Assembly (NCBI RefSeq): GCF_044704955.1
Contig: NC_091989.1
Coordinates: 110,856,001-110,920,000 of the forward strand
Length of the DNA stretch: 64,000 nt
From: Pristiophorus japonicus
Lineage: Eukaryota
Direction of reading: 5' to 3'
Below, one piece after another: positions 12,601 through 27,630 of the stretch. Position 1 is the first letter of the stretch. Each line of letters opens with the position of its first letter. The translations under genes and the position numbers were made by a program. The notes beneath the pieces were generated by a model. It was not told the DNA's origin and did no database searches. It saw only the letters and a list, made by a program, of their open reading frames with translations.

Positions 12601-13756
12601 TTCTAACCTTGGCGCAAGCTGTCCCAACTCTGGCACAGGCTGTCCTAGCCCTGGCGCAGGCTCATCTCATTCCTGGCACAGGCTGTCCTGAGTGTGGCAC
12701 AAGCTGTCCCAACTCTGCCAAACGCTCTACCAGCCCTGGCACAGGCTCGTTACATCCCTGGCACAGGCTGTCATGATCCTGGCACAGGCTATCGTGACCC
12801 TGGCACAGGCTATCCCGACCCTGGCACAGGCTGTTGCAACCCTTGCACAGTCTCTATCAACCTTAGCACAAGCTGTCACCACCCTGCCACAGGCGGTTCC
12901 AACTCTGGCACAGGCCGTACCAACTGCACAGGCTCGTATCAACAACAATGCCACAGTCTGTCCCAACCCTGGCACTGTCTGTCCGAACCGTGGCACATGC
13001 TGTCCCAAACCTGGTACAGGCTATTGCTAATCTGGCACAGGCTATCCCAACCCTGGCACAGACTATCCCAACCCTGGCACAGACTGTCCCATCCCTGGCA
13101 CAGACTGTCACAACACTGGCACAGACTCAACAGAACCCTGGCACAGGCTCTACCAACCCTAGCACAAGCTGTCCCCACCCTGGTACAGGCAGTCCCAACC
13201 CTGGCAGAGTCACGCCTCAACAATGGCACCAGCTGACCCAACGCTGACACAGACTACCAACTCTGGCACAGGCACTACCAACCCTGGCACAGGCTCTACC
13301 AATCCTATCACAGGATGTCCCGAACTTGGCATAGGCTGTCCCATCCCTGGCACATGCTATCCAGACCCTGGCACAGGCTATCCCAAACTTCGCACAGGCT
13401 ATCTCAACCCTGGCACAGTTTGTCGCAACACTGGCACACGCTGTCCCGACCCTGGGACAGGCTGTCTCACCCCGGGCACATCTGCCCCACCCCTGGCAGG
13501 GGCTGTCCCATCCCAGCACAGGCTGTCCCAACTCTGACATAGGCTATCGCTACCCTGGCACAGGCTATCCCAATCTTGGCACCGGCTGTCCCAACCCTAG
13601 CACAGGCTGTCCTAATCCTGGCACAGGCTATCCCAACCGAGGCACAGGCTATCCAGACCCTGGCACTGGCTATCCCAACGCTTGCCTCATCCCTGGCACA
13701 GACTGCCGCGACTGTGGCACAGGCTGTCCCAACCCTGGTACAGGCTGTCCCAAACC
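3695..13756 (+). repeat. Near-perfect tandem duplication, period 5024 bp (3695-8718 and 8719-13742)
   Basis: ORFs from 3744 to 8552 recur at exactly +5024 with matching translations (3744/8768, 5358/10382, 8291/13315). Boundaries were read from the sequence. One substitution was seen (T8573 vs C13597). Confidence 0.95.
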
Positions 13757-16700
13757 AGACACAGGCTGCCCCAACCCTGGCACATGCTGTTGCAACCCTG
13801 GCACAGGATGTCCGAACTCTGGCACAGGCTGTCCTAATCCTGGCACAGGCTATCCCAACCGAGGCACAGGCTATCCAGACCCTGGCACTGGCTATCCTAA
13901 CGCTCGTCTCTACCCTGGCACAGACTGCCCCGACTGTGGCACAGGCTGTCCCAATCCTGGCACACGCTGTCCCGACCCTGGCACAGACTGTCCCAACTCT
14001 GGCACAGGCTGTCGCTATCCTGGCACAGGCTGTCCCAATGCTGGTACAGGCTATTCAAACGCTGGCACAGGCTATTGCTATCCTGGCACAGGCTATCCCA
14101 ATCCTGGCACCAGCTGTCCTAATCCTGGCACAGGCTCGTCTCATCCCTGGCACAGGCTTGTCCCGACCCTGGCACATGCTGTCCCAATCCTGGCACACGC
14201 TGTCCCGACCCTGGCACAGACTGTCCCAATCCTGGCACAGGCTGTCCTAATCCTGGCACAAGCTGTCTCAACCCTGGCACGTGCTCTACCAAACCTGGCA
14301 CCGGCTATACTAACCCTGGCATAGGCTCATCTCATCCCTGGCACAGACTATCCCGACCTTGGCACAGAGTGTCCCGATCCTGAAACAGGCTGTCGCAAAA
14401 CTGTCACAGGCTGGCTCAACTACGGCACAGACTATATCAACCTTGGCATAAGCTGTCCTCACCCTGGCACAGGCGGTCCCAACCCTGACACCGGCTGTTC
14501 AATACTGGCACCGGCTGTCCTGACCCTGGTACTGTCTGTCTGAAACCTGGCACAGGCTGCCCCAACTCTGGCACACGCTGTCCAAAACCTGGCACAGGAT
14601 GTCCGAACGCTGGCACAGGATGTACCAACCCTGGTGCAGGCTATCGCTATCCTGGCACAGGCTCAACAAACCCTGGCACTGGCTGTACCAACCCTGGCAC
14701 AGACAGTCACGATCCTGGCAAAGACTCTGCCAACTCTAGCACAGGCTGTCCCAATCCTGGCACAGGCTGTCCCAACTCTGGCACACGCTCTACCAAACCT
14801 GGCACAGGCTGTACCAAACCTGGCACAGACTGTACCAACCGTGACACAGGACGTCCCAACCCAGACACAGGCTGTCCCAATCGTGGTAGCAGCTATCGCT
14901 ATCCTGGCACAGGCTGCCCCAACTCTAGCACAGGCTGTCCCAAATCTGGCACAGGCTATCCCAACACTGGCACAGGCTATCCCGACCCTGGCACAGGCTG
15001 TCCCAACCCTGGCACTTTCTGTCCAAACACTGGCACAGGATGTCCGAACCCTGGCACAGGATGTACCAACCCTGGTACAGGCTATCGCTATCCTGGAACA
15101 GGATGTACAAACCCTGGCACAGGCTCCACTCACCCCGGCACAGGCTGTCCCGACCCTGACACAAGCAGTCCCAACACTGGCACAGGCCATTCCAACCTTG
15201 GCACAGGCGCTACCAATCCTGGCATAGGCCATTCCAACCTTGGCACAGGTTCTACCAACACTGACGCAAGCTGTCCCAACCCTGGCACGGGCTGTCCCTA
15301 CCGTGACACAGGCTCTACCAACAAAGGCACAGGCTGTCGCACCCCTGGCACAGGCTGTCGCAACCCTGGCACAGGCTGACGCAAACCCTGGCACAAGCTC
15401 TACACAACCATGGCATAGGCAGACCCAACCCTGGCACAGGCTGCCACAATCCTGGCACAGGCTATCACAGACCTTGGTTCAGGCTCTACACAAACCAGGT
15501 ACACGATGCCCCAAACCTGACACCGGCTGCCACAACCCTGGCACAGGCTGGCCCAACTATGGCACATGCTCTACCAAAACTGGCACAGGCTGACCCAAAG
15601 CTGGCATAGTCTCTACCAACTTTGGCACAAGCTGTCATGACCCTGGCTCAGGCTGTCCCAAATCTGGCACAGGTTCGAACCAAGTCTGGCACTGGCTGTC
15701 GCAACCCTGGCACAGCCTAGCCCAATGGTGGCACAGGCTATCGCTAGCCCGGCACAGGCTATCCTAACCCTGGCACATGCTGTCGCAAGTCTGGAACAGG
15801 CTGTCCCAACCCTGACACAGGCTGTCCCAAACCTGGCACAGGCTGTCCTAACCCTGGCACAAGCTGTCCCAACTCTGGCAGAGGCTGTCCTAGCCCTGGC
15901 GCAGGCTCATCTCATCTCTGGCACAGGCTGTACCAACTGCACAGGCTCGTATCAACAACAATGACACAGTCTGTCCCAACCCTGGCACTGTCTGTCCGAA
16001 CTGTGGCACATGCTGTCCCAAACCTGGTACAGGCTATTGCTAATCTGGCACAGGCTATCCCAACCCTGGCACAGACTATCCCAACCCTGGCACAGACTGT
16101 CCCATCCCTGGCACAGACTGTCACAACACTGGCACAGACTCAACAGAATCCTGGCACAGGCTCTACCAACCCTAGCACAAGCTGTCCCCACCCTGGTACA
16201 GGCAGTCCCGAACCTGGCATAGGCTGTCCCATCCCTGGCACATGCTATCCAGACCCTGGCACAGGCTATCTCAAACTTGGCACAGTCTATCTCAACCCTG
16301 GCACAGTTTGTCGCTACACTGGCACACGCTGTCCCGACCCTGGTACAGGCTGTCTCACCCCGGGCACATCTGTCCCACCCCTGGCAGGGGCTGTCCCATC
16401 CCGGCACAGGCTGTCCTAACTCTGACACAGGCTATCGCTAACCTGGCACAGGCTATCCCAATCTTGGCACCGGCTGTCCCAACCTTAGCACAGGCTGTCC
16501 TAATCCTGGCACAGGCTATCCCAACCGAGGCACAGGCTATCCAGAGTCTGGCACTGGCTATCCCAACGCTCGTCTCATCCCTGGCACAGACTGCCCCGAC
16601 TGTGGCACAGGCTGGCCCAACCATGGCACAGGCTCTATCAACCATGGCACAAGCTTCCCCCACCTTGGCACAGGCGGTTCCAAACCTGGCACAGGCTGTA

Positions 16701-18019
16701 CCAACCCTGGCACAGACTCATCTCAACAATGGCACCGGCTGTCCCGACCCTGGCACAGACTGTCCCAATCCTGGCACAGGCTGTTACAACCCTGGCACTG
16801 TCTGTCCGAACTCTGGCACAAGCTGCCCCAACATGGCACTGGCGGTCCCAATCCTGGCAGACTCTCGTCTCAACAATGGCACCGGCTGTCCCAATTCTGG
16901 CACAGGCTCTTCTAGCTCTGGCACAGGCACTGCCAACCCTGTCGCAGGCTGTCCCGAACCTGGCACAGGCTGTCCAAACCGTGGCACAGGCTATTCCAAC
17001 CGTGGCACAGGCTATCCAGACCCTGGCACTGGCTAGCCCAAAGCTGGAACAGTTTGTCGCAACACTGTCGCAGGCTGTCCCGACCTTGACACGGGCTGCC
17101 CCAACCCTGGCACAGGCTGTCCCAAACCTGACGCAGGCTGTCCCAACCCTGGTACAGGCTGTCCCAAACCAGACACAGGCTGTCCCAACCCTGGAACATG
17201 CTGTTGCAACCCTGGCACAGGATGTCCGAACTCTAGCACAGGATGTCCCAACCCTGGCACAGGCTGCCCCAAATCTGACACATGATATCCCTACTCTGGC
17301 ACAGACTGTCCCAACTCTGGCACATGCCCTACCAACCCTGGCACAGGCTGGTCCAAAGCTGGCATTGGCTCTACCAACTTTGGAACAAGCTGTCCCAACC
17401 CTGGCACAGGATGTCCCAACCCCGGAACAGGCTGTCACAAACCAGACACAGGCTGTCCCAACCCTGGAACATGCTGTTGCAACCCTGGCACAGGATGTCC
17501 GAACCATGGCACAGGCTGTCGCAACCCTGGCACAGGTATCCCAAGCCCAGCAAGGCTTGCCCCAACCCTGGCAGAGGGTATCCCAACTCTGGCACAGGCT
17601 ATCCCAACGCTGACACAGGCTATCGCTAGCCTGGCACAGGTTATCCCAATCCTGGCACCGGCTGTCCCATACCTGGCACAGGCTGTCCCAACCCTGGCAC
17701 AGGCTGTCCTAATCCTGGCACAAGCTGTCCCAACCCTGGCACAGACTGTCCTAACTCTGGCAGAGGCTATCTCTCTCTCTCAGCACAAGCTGTCCCAACC
17801 CTGGCATAGTTTTCCCCAATCCTGGCACAGGCATCTCCAATGCTGGCAAAAGCACAAGTTGTCCCAACCTTTGCACAGGCCATTCCAACATTGGCACAGG
17901 CTCTACCAATCCTGGCGCAAGCTTTCCCAACCCTGGCGCAGGCTATCGCTAGCCTAGCACAGGCTATCCCAATCCTGGCACATGCTGTCTCAAGCCTGGC
18001 ACAAGCTATCCTGACCCTG

Positions 18020-21000
18020 GCACAGGCTGTCCCACCCTTGGTACTGTCTGTCCGAACCCTGGTACAGGATGATCGCGCTGGCACAGGATGTACCAACCCT
18101 GGTACAGGCTATCGCTGTCCTGGCACAGGTTCAACAAACCCTGGCACTGGCTCATCTCATCCCTAGCACAGGCTGTCCCGACCCTGGCACACCAACCCTG
18201 GCACAGGCTCTACCAACCCTGGCACAGACAGTCCCGATCCTGGCACAGACTCAACCAACCCTGGCACAGGTTGTCCCAACCCTGGCACAGGCTGTCCCAA
18301 CTTTGGCACAAGCTCTACCAAACCTGGCACAGGCTGTTCCAAACCTGGCACAGGCTGAACCAACCCTGGCACAGGCTGCCACAACCCTGGCACAGGCTGT
18401 CCCAACCCTTACACAGGCTGTTCCGACCCTGGCAGTGGCTATCCCTATCCTGGCACAGGCTGTCCCAAACCTGGCACAGGCTGTCCCAAACCTGGCAGAG
18501 TCTATCTCTCTCTTGGCACAAGCTGTCCCACCACTGGCATAGGTTGCCCCAATCCTGGCACAGGTAGCTCCAAGCACAAGTAGTCCCAAGTTGGCACAGG
18601 TTCTACCAACCCTGGCGCAAGCTATCCCAACCCTGGCACAGGCTGTTGCAGTCTTGGCACATGTTCTCCCAACCATGGCACAGGATGTCCAAACACTGGC
18701 ACAGGATGTCCGAATCCTGGCACAGGCTGTCCCAACCGTGGCACAGGCTTTCCAGACCCTGGCACAGGCTATCCCAACCTTGGCACAGGCTATCCCAAAG
18801 CTGGAACAGTTTGTCACAACACTGTCGCAGACTGTCCCGACCCTGACACGGTCTGTCCCAACCCTAGCACACGCTGCCCCAACCCTGGCACACGCTGCCG
18901 CACCCCTGGCACAAGCTGTCCCCAACCTGGCACAGATTGTCCCAACCCTGGCACAGGCTGTTGCAAACCTGACACAGGCTGTCCCAACCCTGGTACAGGC
19001 TGTCCCAAACCTGACACAGGCTGTCCCAACCCTGGCACAGGCTGTCCCATACCTGACACAGGCTGTCTCAACCCTGGCACAGGCTGTCCCATACCTGACA
19101 CAGCCTGTCCCAACCCTGGCACAGGCTGTCCCAAACCTGACACAGGCTATCCCGACCCTGGCACAGGCTGTCCCAACCTTGGTATTGTCTGTCCGAACCC
19201 TGGTACAGGATGATCGCGCTGGCACAGGATGTACCAACCCTGGTACAGGCTATCGCTATCCTGGCACAGGTTCAACAAACCCTGGCACTGGCTCATCTCA
19301 TCCCTAGCACAGGCTGTCCCGACCCTGGCACACCAACCCTGGCACTGGCTCTACCAACCCTGGCACAGACAGTCCCGATCCTGGCACAGACTCAACCAAC
19401 CCTGGCACAGGTTGTCCCAACCCTGGCACAGGCTGTCCCAACTTTGGCACAAGTTTTACCAAACCTGGCACAGGCTGTTCCAAACCTGGCACAAGCTGAA
19501 CCAACCCTGGCACAGGCTCGTCCCAAAAATGGCACAGACTGTCCCAGCCCTGGCACCAGCTGTTCAACACTGGCACTGGCTGTCCCGACTCTTCAACAGG
19601 CTATCCCCACCCTGGCACAGGCTATCCGACCCTGGCACAGGCTATCCCAACACTGGCACGGGCTGTCCCTACACTAGCACAGGCTGTAACAACGCTGGCA
19701 CAGACGAACTCGACCCTGGCACAGGCTGCCACAATCCTGGCAGAAGGCTGGCCCAACCCTGGTACAGGCTGCCACAAACCTGGCACAGGCTGTCCCCACC
19801 CTGACAGGCTGTCGCAAAGCTGGCACAGGCTGCCACAACCCTGGCACAGGCTATCCCAACCCTTACACAGGCTGTTCCGACCCTGGCAGTGGCTATCCCT
19901 ATCCTGGCACAGGCTGTCCCAAACCCGGCACAGGCTGTCCCAAACCTGGCAGAGTCTATCTCTCCCTCGGCACAAGCTGTCCCACCACTGGCATAGGTTG
20001 CCCCAATCCTGGCACAGGTAGCTCCAAGCACAAGTAGTCCCAAGTTGGCACACGTTCTACCAACCCTGGCGCAAGCTATCCCAACCCTGGCACAGGCTGT
20101 TGCAGCCCTGGCACGTGTTCTCCCAACCATGGCACAGGATGTCCAAACACTGGCACAGGATGTCCGAATCCTGGCACAGGCTGTCCCAACCGTGGCACAG
20201 GCTTTCCAGACCCTGGCACAGGCTATCCCAACCTTGGCACAGGCTATCCCAAAGCTGGAACAGTTTGTCACAACACTGTCGCAGACTGTCCCGACCCTGA
20301 CACGGTCTGTCCCAGCCCTGGCACATGCTGCCCCAACCCCGGCACACGCTGCCGCACCCCTGGCACAAGCTGTCCCCAACCTGGCACAGATTGTCCCAAC
20401 CCTGGCACGGGCTGTTGCAAACCTAGCACAGGCTGACCCAACCCTGGCACAAGCTGTCCCAAACCTGACACAGGCTGTCCCAACCCTGGTACAGGCTGTC
20501 GCAAACCTGACACAGGTTGTCCCAAACCTGACACAGGCTGTCCCAACCCTGGTACAGGCTGTCCCAAACCTGACACAGGCTGTCCCAACCCTGCCACAGG
20601 CTGTCCCATACCTGACGCAGACTGTCCCAACCCTGGCATAGGCTGTTGCAACCCTGGCACATGTTCTCCCAACCCTGGTACAGGATGTCCCAAACCTGGC
20701 ACAGGCTATCCCGACCCTGGCACAGGCTGTCCCAACCTTGGTACTGTCTGTCCGAACCCTGGTACAGGATGAGCGCGCTGGCACAGGATGTACCAACCCT
20801 GGTACAGGCTATCGCTATCCTGGCACAGGTTCAACAAACCCTGGCACTGGCTCATCTCATCCCTAGCACAGGCTGTCCCGACCCTGGCACACCAACCCTG
20901 GCACAGGCTCTACCAACCCTGGCACAGACAGTCCTGATCCTGGCACAGACTCAACCAACCCTGGCACAGGTTGTCCCAACCCTGGCACAGACTGTCCCAA

Positions 21001-24000
21001 CTTTGGCACAAGCTCTACCAAACCTGGCACAGGCTGTTGCAAACCTGGCACAGGCTGAACCAACTGTGGCACAGGCTCGTCCCAAAAATGGCACAGAGTG
21101 TCCCAGCCCTGGCACCAGCTGTTCAACACTGGCACTGGCTGTCCCGACTCTGCAACAGGCTATCCCCACCCTGGCACAGGCTATCCGACCCTGGCACAGG
21201 CTGTCCCTACACTAGCACAGGCTGTAACAACGCTGGCACAGACGAACTCGACCCTGGCACAGGCTGCCACAATCCTGGCACAGGCTGGCCCAACCCTGGT
21301 ACAGGCTGCCACAACCCTGGCACAGGCTGTCCCCACCCTGACAGGCTGTCGCAAAGCTGGCACAGGCTGTCGCAACCCTGGCTCAGGCTGCTCCAACACT
21401 GGCACAGGCTGTCGCAACCCTGGAACAGACACTACCAACCCTGGCACAGGCTGTCCGACCTTAGCACAATTTGTCCCATCACTGCCACAGGCTGTCCCGA
21501 CTATGGCACAGGCTCTACTATCACTGCCACAGGCTGTCCTAACCCTGGCACAGGCTATCCCAACCTTGGCACAGACTATTCCAACCCTGGTACAGGCTAT
21601 CGCAACCCTGGCACAGGCTGCCACAACCCTGGCACAGGCTGTCCCAACCCTTACACAGGCTGTTCCGACCCTGGCAGTGGCTATCACTATCCTGGCACAG
21701 TCTGTCCCCAACCTGGCACAGACTGTCCCAACCCAGGCACGGGCCTTTGCAAACTTGGCACAGGCTGACCCAACCCTGGCACAGACTGTCCCAAACCTGG
21801 CACAGGCTGTCCCAACCCTGGCAGAAACTCTCTCTCTCTCGGCACAAGCTGTCCCACCACTGGCATAGGTTGCCCCAATCCTGGCACAGGTAGCTCCAAG
21901 CACAAGTAGTCCCAAGTTGGCACAGGTTCTACCAACCCTGGCGCAAGCTATCCCAACCCTGGCACAGGCTGTTGCAGCCCTGGCACATGTTCTCCCAACC
22001 ATGGCACAGGATGTCCAAACACTGGCACAGGATGTCCGAATCCTGGCACAGGCTGTCCCAACCGTGGCACAGGCTTTCCAGACCCTGGCACAGGCTATCC
22101 CAACCTTGGCACAGGCTATCCCAAAGCTGGAACAGTTTGTCACAACACTGTCGCAGACTGTCCCGACCCTGACACGGTCTGTCCCAACCCTGGCACACGC
22201 TGCCCCAACCCTGGCACACGCTGCCGCACCCCTGGCACAAGCTGTCCCCAACCTGGCACGGGCTGTTGCAAACCTGGCACAGTCTGACCCAACCCTAGCA
22301 CAAGCTGTCCCAAACCTGACAGAGGCTGTCCCAACCCTGGTACAGGCTGTCGCAAACCTGACACAGGTTGTCCCAACCCTGGTACAGGCTGTCCCAAAGC
22401 TGACACAGGCTGTCCCAACCCTGGCACAGGCTGTCCCATACCTGACACAGGCTGTCTCAACCCTGGCACAGGCTGTCCCACACTTGACACAGCCTGTCCC
22501 AACCCTGGCACAGGCTGTCCCAAACCTGACGCAGACTGTCCCAACCCTGGCATAGGCTGTTGCAACCCTGGCACATGTTCTCCCAACCCTGGTACAGGAT
22601 GTCCCAAACCTGGCACAGGCTATCCCGACCCTGGTACAGGCTGTCCCAACCTTGGTACTGTCTGTCCGAACCCTGGTACAGGATGATCGCGCTGGCACAG
22701 GATGTACCAACCCTGGTACAGGCTATCGCTATCCTGGCACAGGTTCAACAAACCCTGGCACTGGCTCATCTCATCCCTAGCACAGGCTGTCCCGACCCTG
22801 GCACACCAACCCTGGCACAGGCTCTACCAACCCTGGCACAGACAGTCCCGATCTTGGCACAGACTCAACCAACCCTGGCACAGGTTGTCCCAACCCTGGC
22901 ACAGGCTGTCCCAACTTTGGCACAAGTTCTACCAAACCTGGCACAGGCTGTTCCAAACCTGGCACAGGCTGAACCAACCCTGGCACAGGCTCGTCCCAAA
23001 AATGGCACAGACTGTCCCAGCCCTGGCACCAGCTGTTCAACACTGGCACTGGCTGTCCCGACTCTTCAACAGGCTATCCCCACCCTGGCACAGGCTATCC
23101 GACCCTGGCACAGGCTATCCTAATACTGGCACGGGCTGTCCCTACACTAGCACAGGCTGTAACAACGCTGGCACAGACGAACTCGACCCTGGCACAGGCT
23201 GCCACAATCCTGGCAGAAGGCTGGCCCAACCCTGGTACAGGATGCCACAACCCTGACACAGGCTGTCCCCACCCTGACAGGCTGTCGCAAAGCTGGCACA
23301 GGCTGTCGCAACCCTGGCTCAGGCTGCTCCAACACTGGCACAGGCTGTCGCAACCCTGGAACAGACACTACCAACCCTGGCACAGGCTGTCCGACCTTAG
23401 CACAGTTTGTCCCATCACTGTCACAGGCTGTCCCGACTATGGCACAGGCTCTACCATCACTGCCACAGGCTGTCCTAACCCTGGCACAGGCTATCCCAAT
23501 CTTGGCACAGACTATTCCAACCCTGGTACAGGCTATCGCAACCCTGGCACAGGCTGCCACAACCCTGGCACAGGCTTCCCAACCCTTACACAGGATGTTC
23601 CGACCCTGGCAGTGGCTATCCCTATCCTGGCACAGGCTGTCCCAACCCTGGCACAGGCTGTCCCAAACCTGGCAAAGTCTATCTCTCTCTCGGCACAAGC
23701 TGTCCCACCACTGGCATAGGTTGCCCCAATCCTGGCACAGGTAGCTCCAAGCACAAGTAGTCCCAAGTTGGCACACGTTCTACCAACCCTGGCGCAAGCT
23801 ATCCCAACTCTGGCACAGGCTGTTGCAGCCCTGGCACATGTTCTCCCAACCATGGCACAGGATGTCCAAACACTGGCACAGGATGTCCGAATCCTGGCAC
23901 AGGCTGTCCAACCGTGGCACAGGCTTTCCAGACCCTGGCACAGGCTATCCCAACCTTGGCACAGGCTATCCCAAAGCTGGAACAGTTTGTCACAACACTG

Positions 24001-25690
24001 TCGCAGACTGTCCCGACGCTGACACGGTCTGTCCCAACACTGGCACACGCTGCCCCAACCCTGGCACACGCTGCCGCACCCCTGGCACAAGCTGTCCCCA
24101 ACCTGGCACAGACTGTCCCAACCCTGGCATGGGCTGTTGCAAACCTGGCACAGGCTGACCCAACCCTGGCACAAGCTGTCCCAAACCTGACACAGGCTGT
24201 CCCAACCCTGGTACAGGCTGTCGCAAACCTGACACAGGTTGTCCCAAACCTGACACAGGCTGTCCCAACCCTGGTACAGGCTGTCCCAAACCTGACACAG
24301 GCTGTCCCAACCCTGGCACACGCTGTCCCATACCTGACACAGGCTGTCTCAACCCTGGCACAGGCTGTCCCATACCTGACACAGATTGTCCCAACCCTGG
24401 CATAGGCTGTTGCAACCCTGGCACATGTTCTCCCAACCCTGGTACAGGATGTCCCAAACCTGGCACAGGCTATCCCGACCCTGGCACAGGCTGTCCCAAC
24501 CTTGGTACTGTCTGTCCGAACCCTGGTACAGGATGATCGCGCTGGCACAGGATATACCAACCCTGGTACAGGCTATCGCTATCCTGGCACAGGTTCAACA
24601 AACCCTGGCACTGGCTCATCTCATCCCTAGCACAGGCTGTCCCGACCCTGGCACACCAACCCTGGCACAGGCTCTACCAACCTTGGCACAGACAGTCCCG
24701 ATCCTGGCACAGACTCAACCAACCCTGGCACAGGTTGTCCCAACCCTGGCACAGGCTGTCCCAACTTTGGCACAAGCTCTACCAAACCTGGCACAGGCTG
24801 TTCCAAACCTGGCACAGGCTGAACCAACCCTGGCACAGGCTGTCCCAACCGTGGCACAGACTGTCCCAGCCCTGGCACCAGCTGTTCAACACTGGCACTG
24901 ACTGTCCCGACTCTTCAACAGGCTATCCCCACCCTGGCACAGGCTATCCAACACTGGCACAGGCTATCCCAATACTGGCACGGGCTGTCCCTACACTAGC
25001 ACAGGCTGTAACAACGCTGGCACAGACGAACTCGACCCTGGCACAGGCTGCCACAATCCTGGCAGAAGGCTGGCCCAACCCTGGTACAGGCTGCCACAAC
25101 CCTGGCACAGGCTGTCCCCACCCTGACAAGCTGTCGCAAAGCTGGCACAGGCTGTCGCAACCCTGGCTCAGGCTGCTCCAACACTGGCACAGGCTGTCAC
25201 AACCCTGGAACAGACACTATCAACCCTGGCACAGGCTGTCCGACCCAAGCACAGTTTGTCCCATCACTGCCACAGGCTGTCCCGACTATGGCACAGGCGC
25301 TACCATCACTGCCACAGGCTGTCCTAACCCTGGCACAGGCTATCCCAACCTTGGCACAGACTATTCCAACCCTGGTACAGGCTATCGCAACCCTGGCACA
25401 GGCTGCCACAATCCTGGCACAAGCTGTCCCAACCCTTACACAGGCTGTTCCGACCCTGGCAGTGGCTATCTCCATCCTGGCACAGGCTGTCCCAAACCTG
25501 GCACAGGCTGTCCCAAACCTGGCAGAGTCTATCTCTCTCTTGGCACAAGCTGTCCCACCACTGGCATAGGTTGCCCCAATCCTGGCACAGGTAGCTCCAA
25601 GCACAAGTAGTCCCAAGTTGGCACAGGTTCTACCAACCCTGGCGCAAGCTATCCCAACCCTGGCACAGGCTGTTGCAGCCCTGGCAAAGA
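18020..25690 (+). repeat. Diverged higher-order repeat run, 4-5 units of 1.1-1.9 kb
   Basis: The landmark monomer GGATGATCGCGCTGG (minus-strand ORF starts 18096, 19237, 20796, 22710, 24560) gives spacings of 1141, 1559, 1914 and 1850 bp with the same order of variant monomers. Boundaries are approximate. Confidence 0.85.
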
Positions 25691-27630
25691 CCGTACCAAC
25701 AGTACAGGCTCGTCTCAACAATGGCACAGTCTGTCCCAACCCTGGCACCGCCTGCTCAACACTGGCACCGGCTGACTCGACCCTGGCACAGATTGTCCCA
25801 AACATGGCACAGGCTGTTCCAACCCTGGCACTGTCTGTCCGAACCCTGGCACACGCTGTCCCAAACCTGGTACAGGCTATTGCTAATCTGGCACAGGCTA
25901 TCCCAACCCTGGCACAGCCTGTTGCAACCCTGGCACAGGCTGTCCCACCCTGGCACAGGTTATCCCAACCCTGGCAGAGTCACACCTCAACAACGGCACC
26001 AGCTGACCCAACCCTGGCACAGGCTCTACAAATCCTGTCACAGGCTGTCCCGAACCTGACATAGGCTGTCCCATCCCTGGCATATGCTATCCAAACCCTG
26101 GCACAGGCTATCCCAACCTTGGCACAGTCTATCCCAATCTTGGCACGGGCTGTCCCATCCCGGCACAGGCTGTCCCAACTCTGGCACAGGCTGTAGCTAT
26201 CCTGGCACAGGCTGTCCCAATGCTGGTACAGGCTATTCAAACGCTGGCACAGGCTATCGCTATCCTGGCACAGGCTATCCCAATCCTGGCACTGGCTGTC
26301 CTAATCTTGGCACAGGCTCGTCTCATCCCTGGCACAGGCTTGTCCCGTCCCTGGCACAGGCTGTCCCAATCCTGGCACACGCTGTCCCGACCCTGGCACA
26401 GACTGTCCCAATCCTGGCACAGGCTGTCCTAATCCTGGCACAGGCTGTCTCGACCCTGGCACGTGCTCTACCAAACCTGGCACCGGCTATACTAACCCTG
26501 GCATAGGCTCATCTTATCCCTGGCACAGACTATCCCGACCCTGGCACAGAGTGTCCCGACCCTGACACAGGCTGTCGCAAAACTGTCACAGGCTGGCTCA
26601 ACTATGGCACAGACTATATCAACCTTGGCATAAGCTATCCTCACCCTGGCACAGGCGGTCCCAACCCTGACACCGGCTGTTAATACTGGCACCGGCCCTC
26701 CTGACCCTGGTACTGTCTGTCTGAAACCTGGCACAGGCTGCCCCAACCCTGGCACACGCTGTCCAAAACCTGGCACAGGATGTCCGAACGCTGGCACAGG
26801 ATGTAACAACCCTGGTGCAGGCTATCGCTATCCTGGCACAGGCTCAACAAACCCTGGCACTGGCTCGTCTCATCCCTAGCACAGGTAGTCCCGACCCTGA
26901 CACACCAACCCTGGCACAGGCTGTACCAACCCTGGCACACAGTCACGATCCTGGCATAGACTCTGCCAAATCTAGCACAGGCTGTCCCAATCCTGGCACA
27001 GGCTGTCCCAACTCTGGCACACGCTCTACCAAACCTGGCACAGGCTGTTCCAAACCTGGCACAGACTGTACCAACCATGGCACAGGACGTCCCAACCCAG
27101 ACACAGGCTGTCCCAATCGTGGTAGCGGCTATCGCTATCCTGGCACAGGCTGCCCCAACTCTAGCACAGGCTGTCCCAAATCTGGCACAGGCTATCCCAA
27201 CCCTGGCACAGGCTATCCCGACCCTGGCACAGGCTGTCCCAACCCTGGCACTTTCTGTCCAAACACTGGCACAGGATGTCCGAACCCTGGCACAGGATGT
27301 ACCAACCCTGGTACAGGCTATCGCTATCCTGAAACAGGATGTACAAACCCTGGCACAGGCTCGTCTCACCCCGGCACAGGCTGTCCCGACTCTGGCACAG
27401 GCAATCTGACCCTGGCACAGGCTATCCCTACACTGACACGGGCTGTCACAACCCTGGCACAGGCTGCCACAACCCTGGCACAGGCTGTCCCCACCCTGAC
27501 ACAGGCTGTTGCAACGCTGGCACAGGCTGTTGCAACGCTGGCACAGGCTGTCGCAACCCTGGCTCAGGCTGCTCCAACATTGACACAGGCTGTCGCAACC
27601 CTGGCACAGAATCTAGCAACCCTGGCACAG

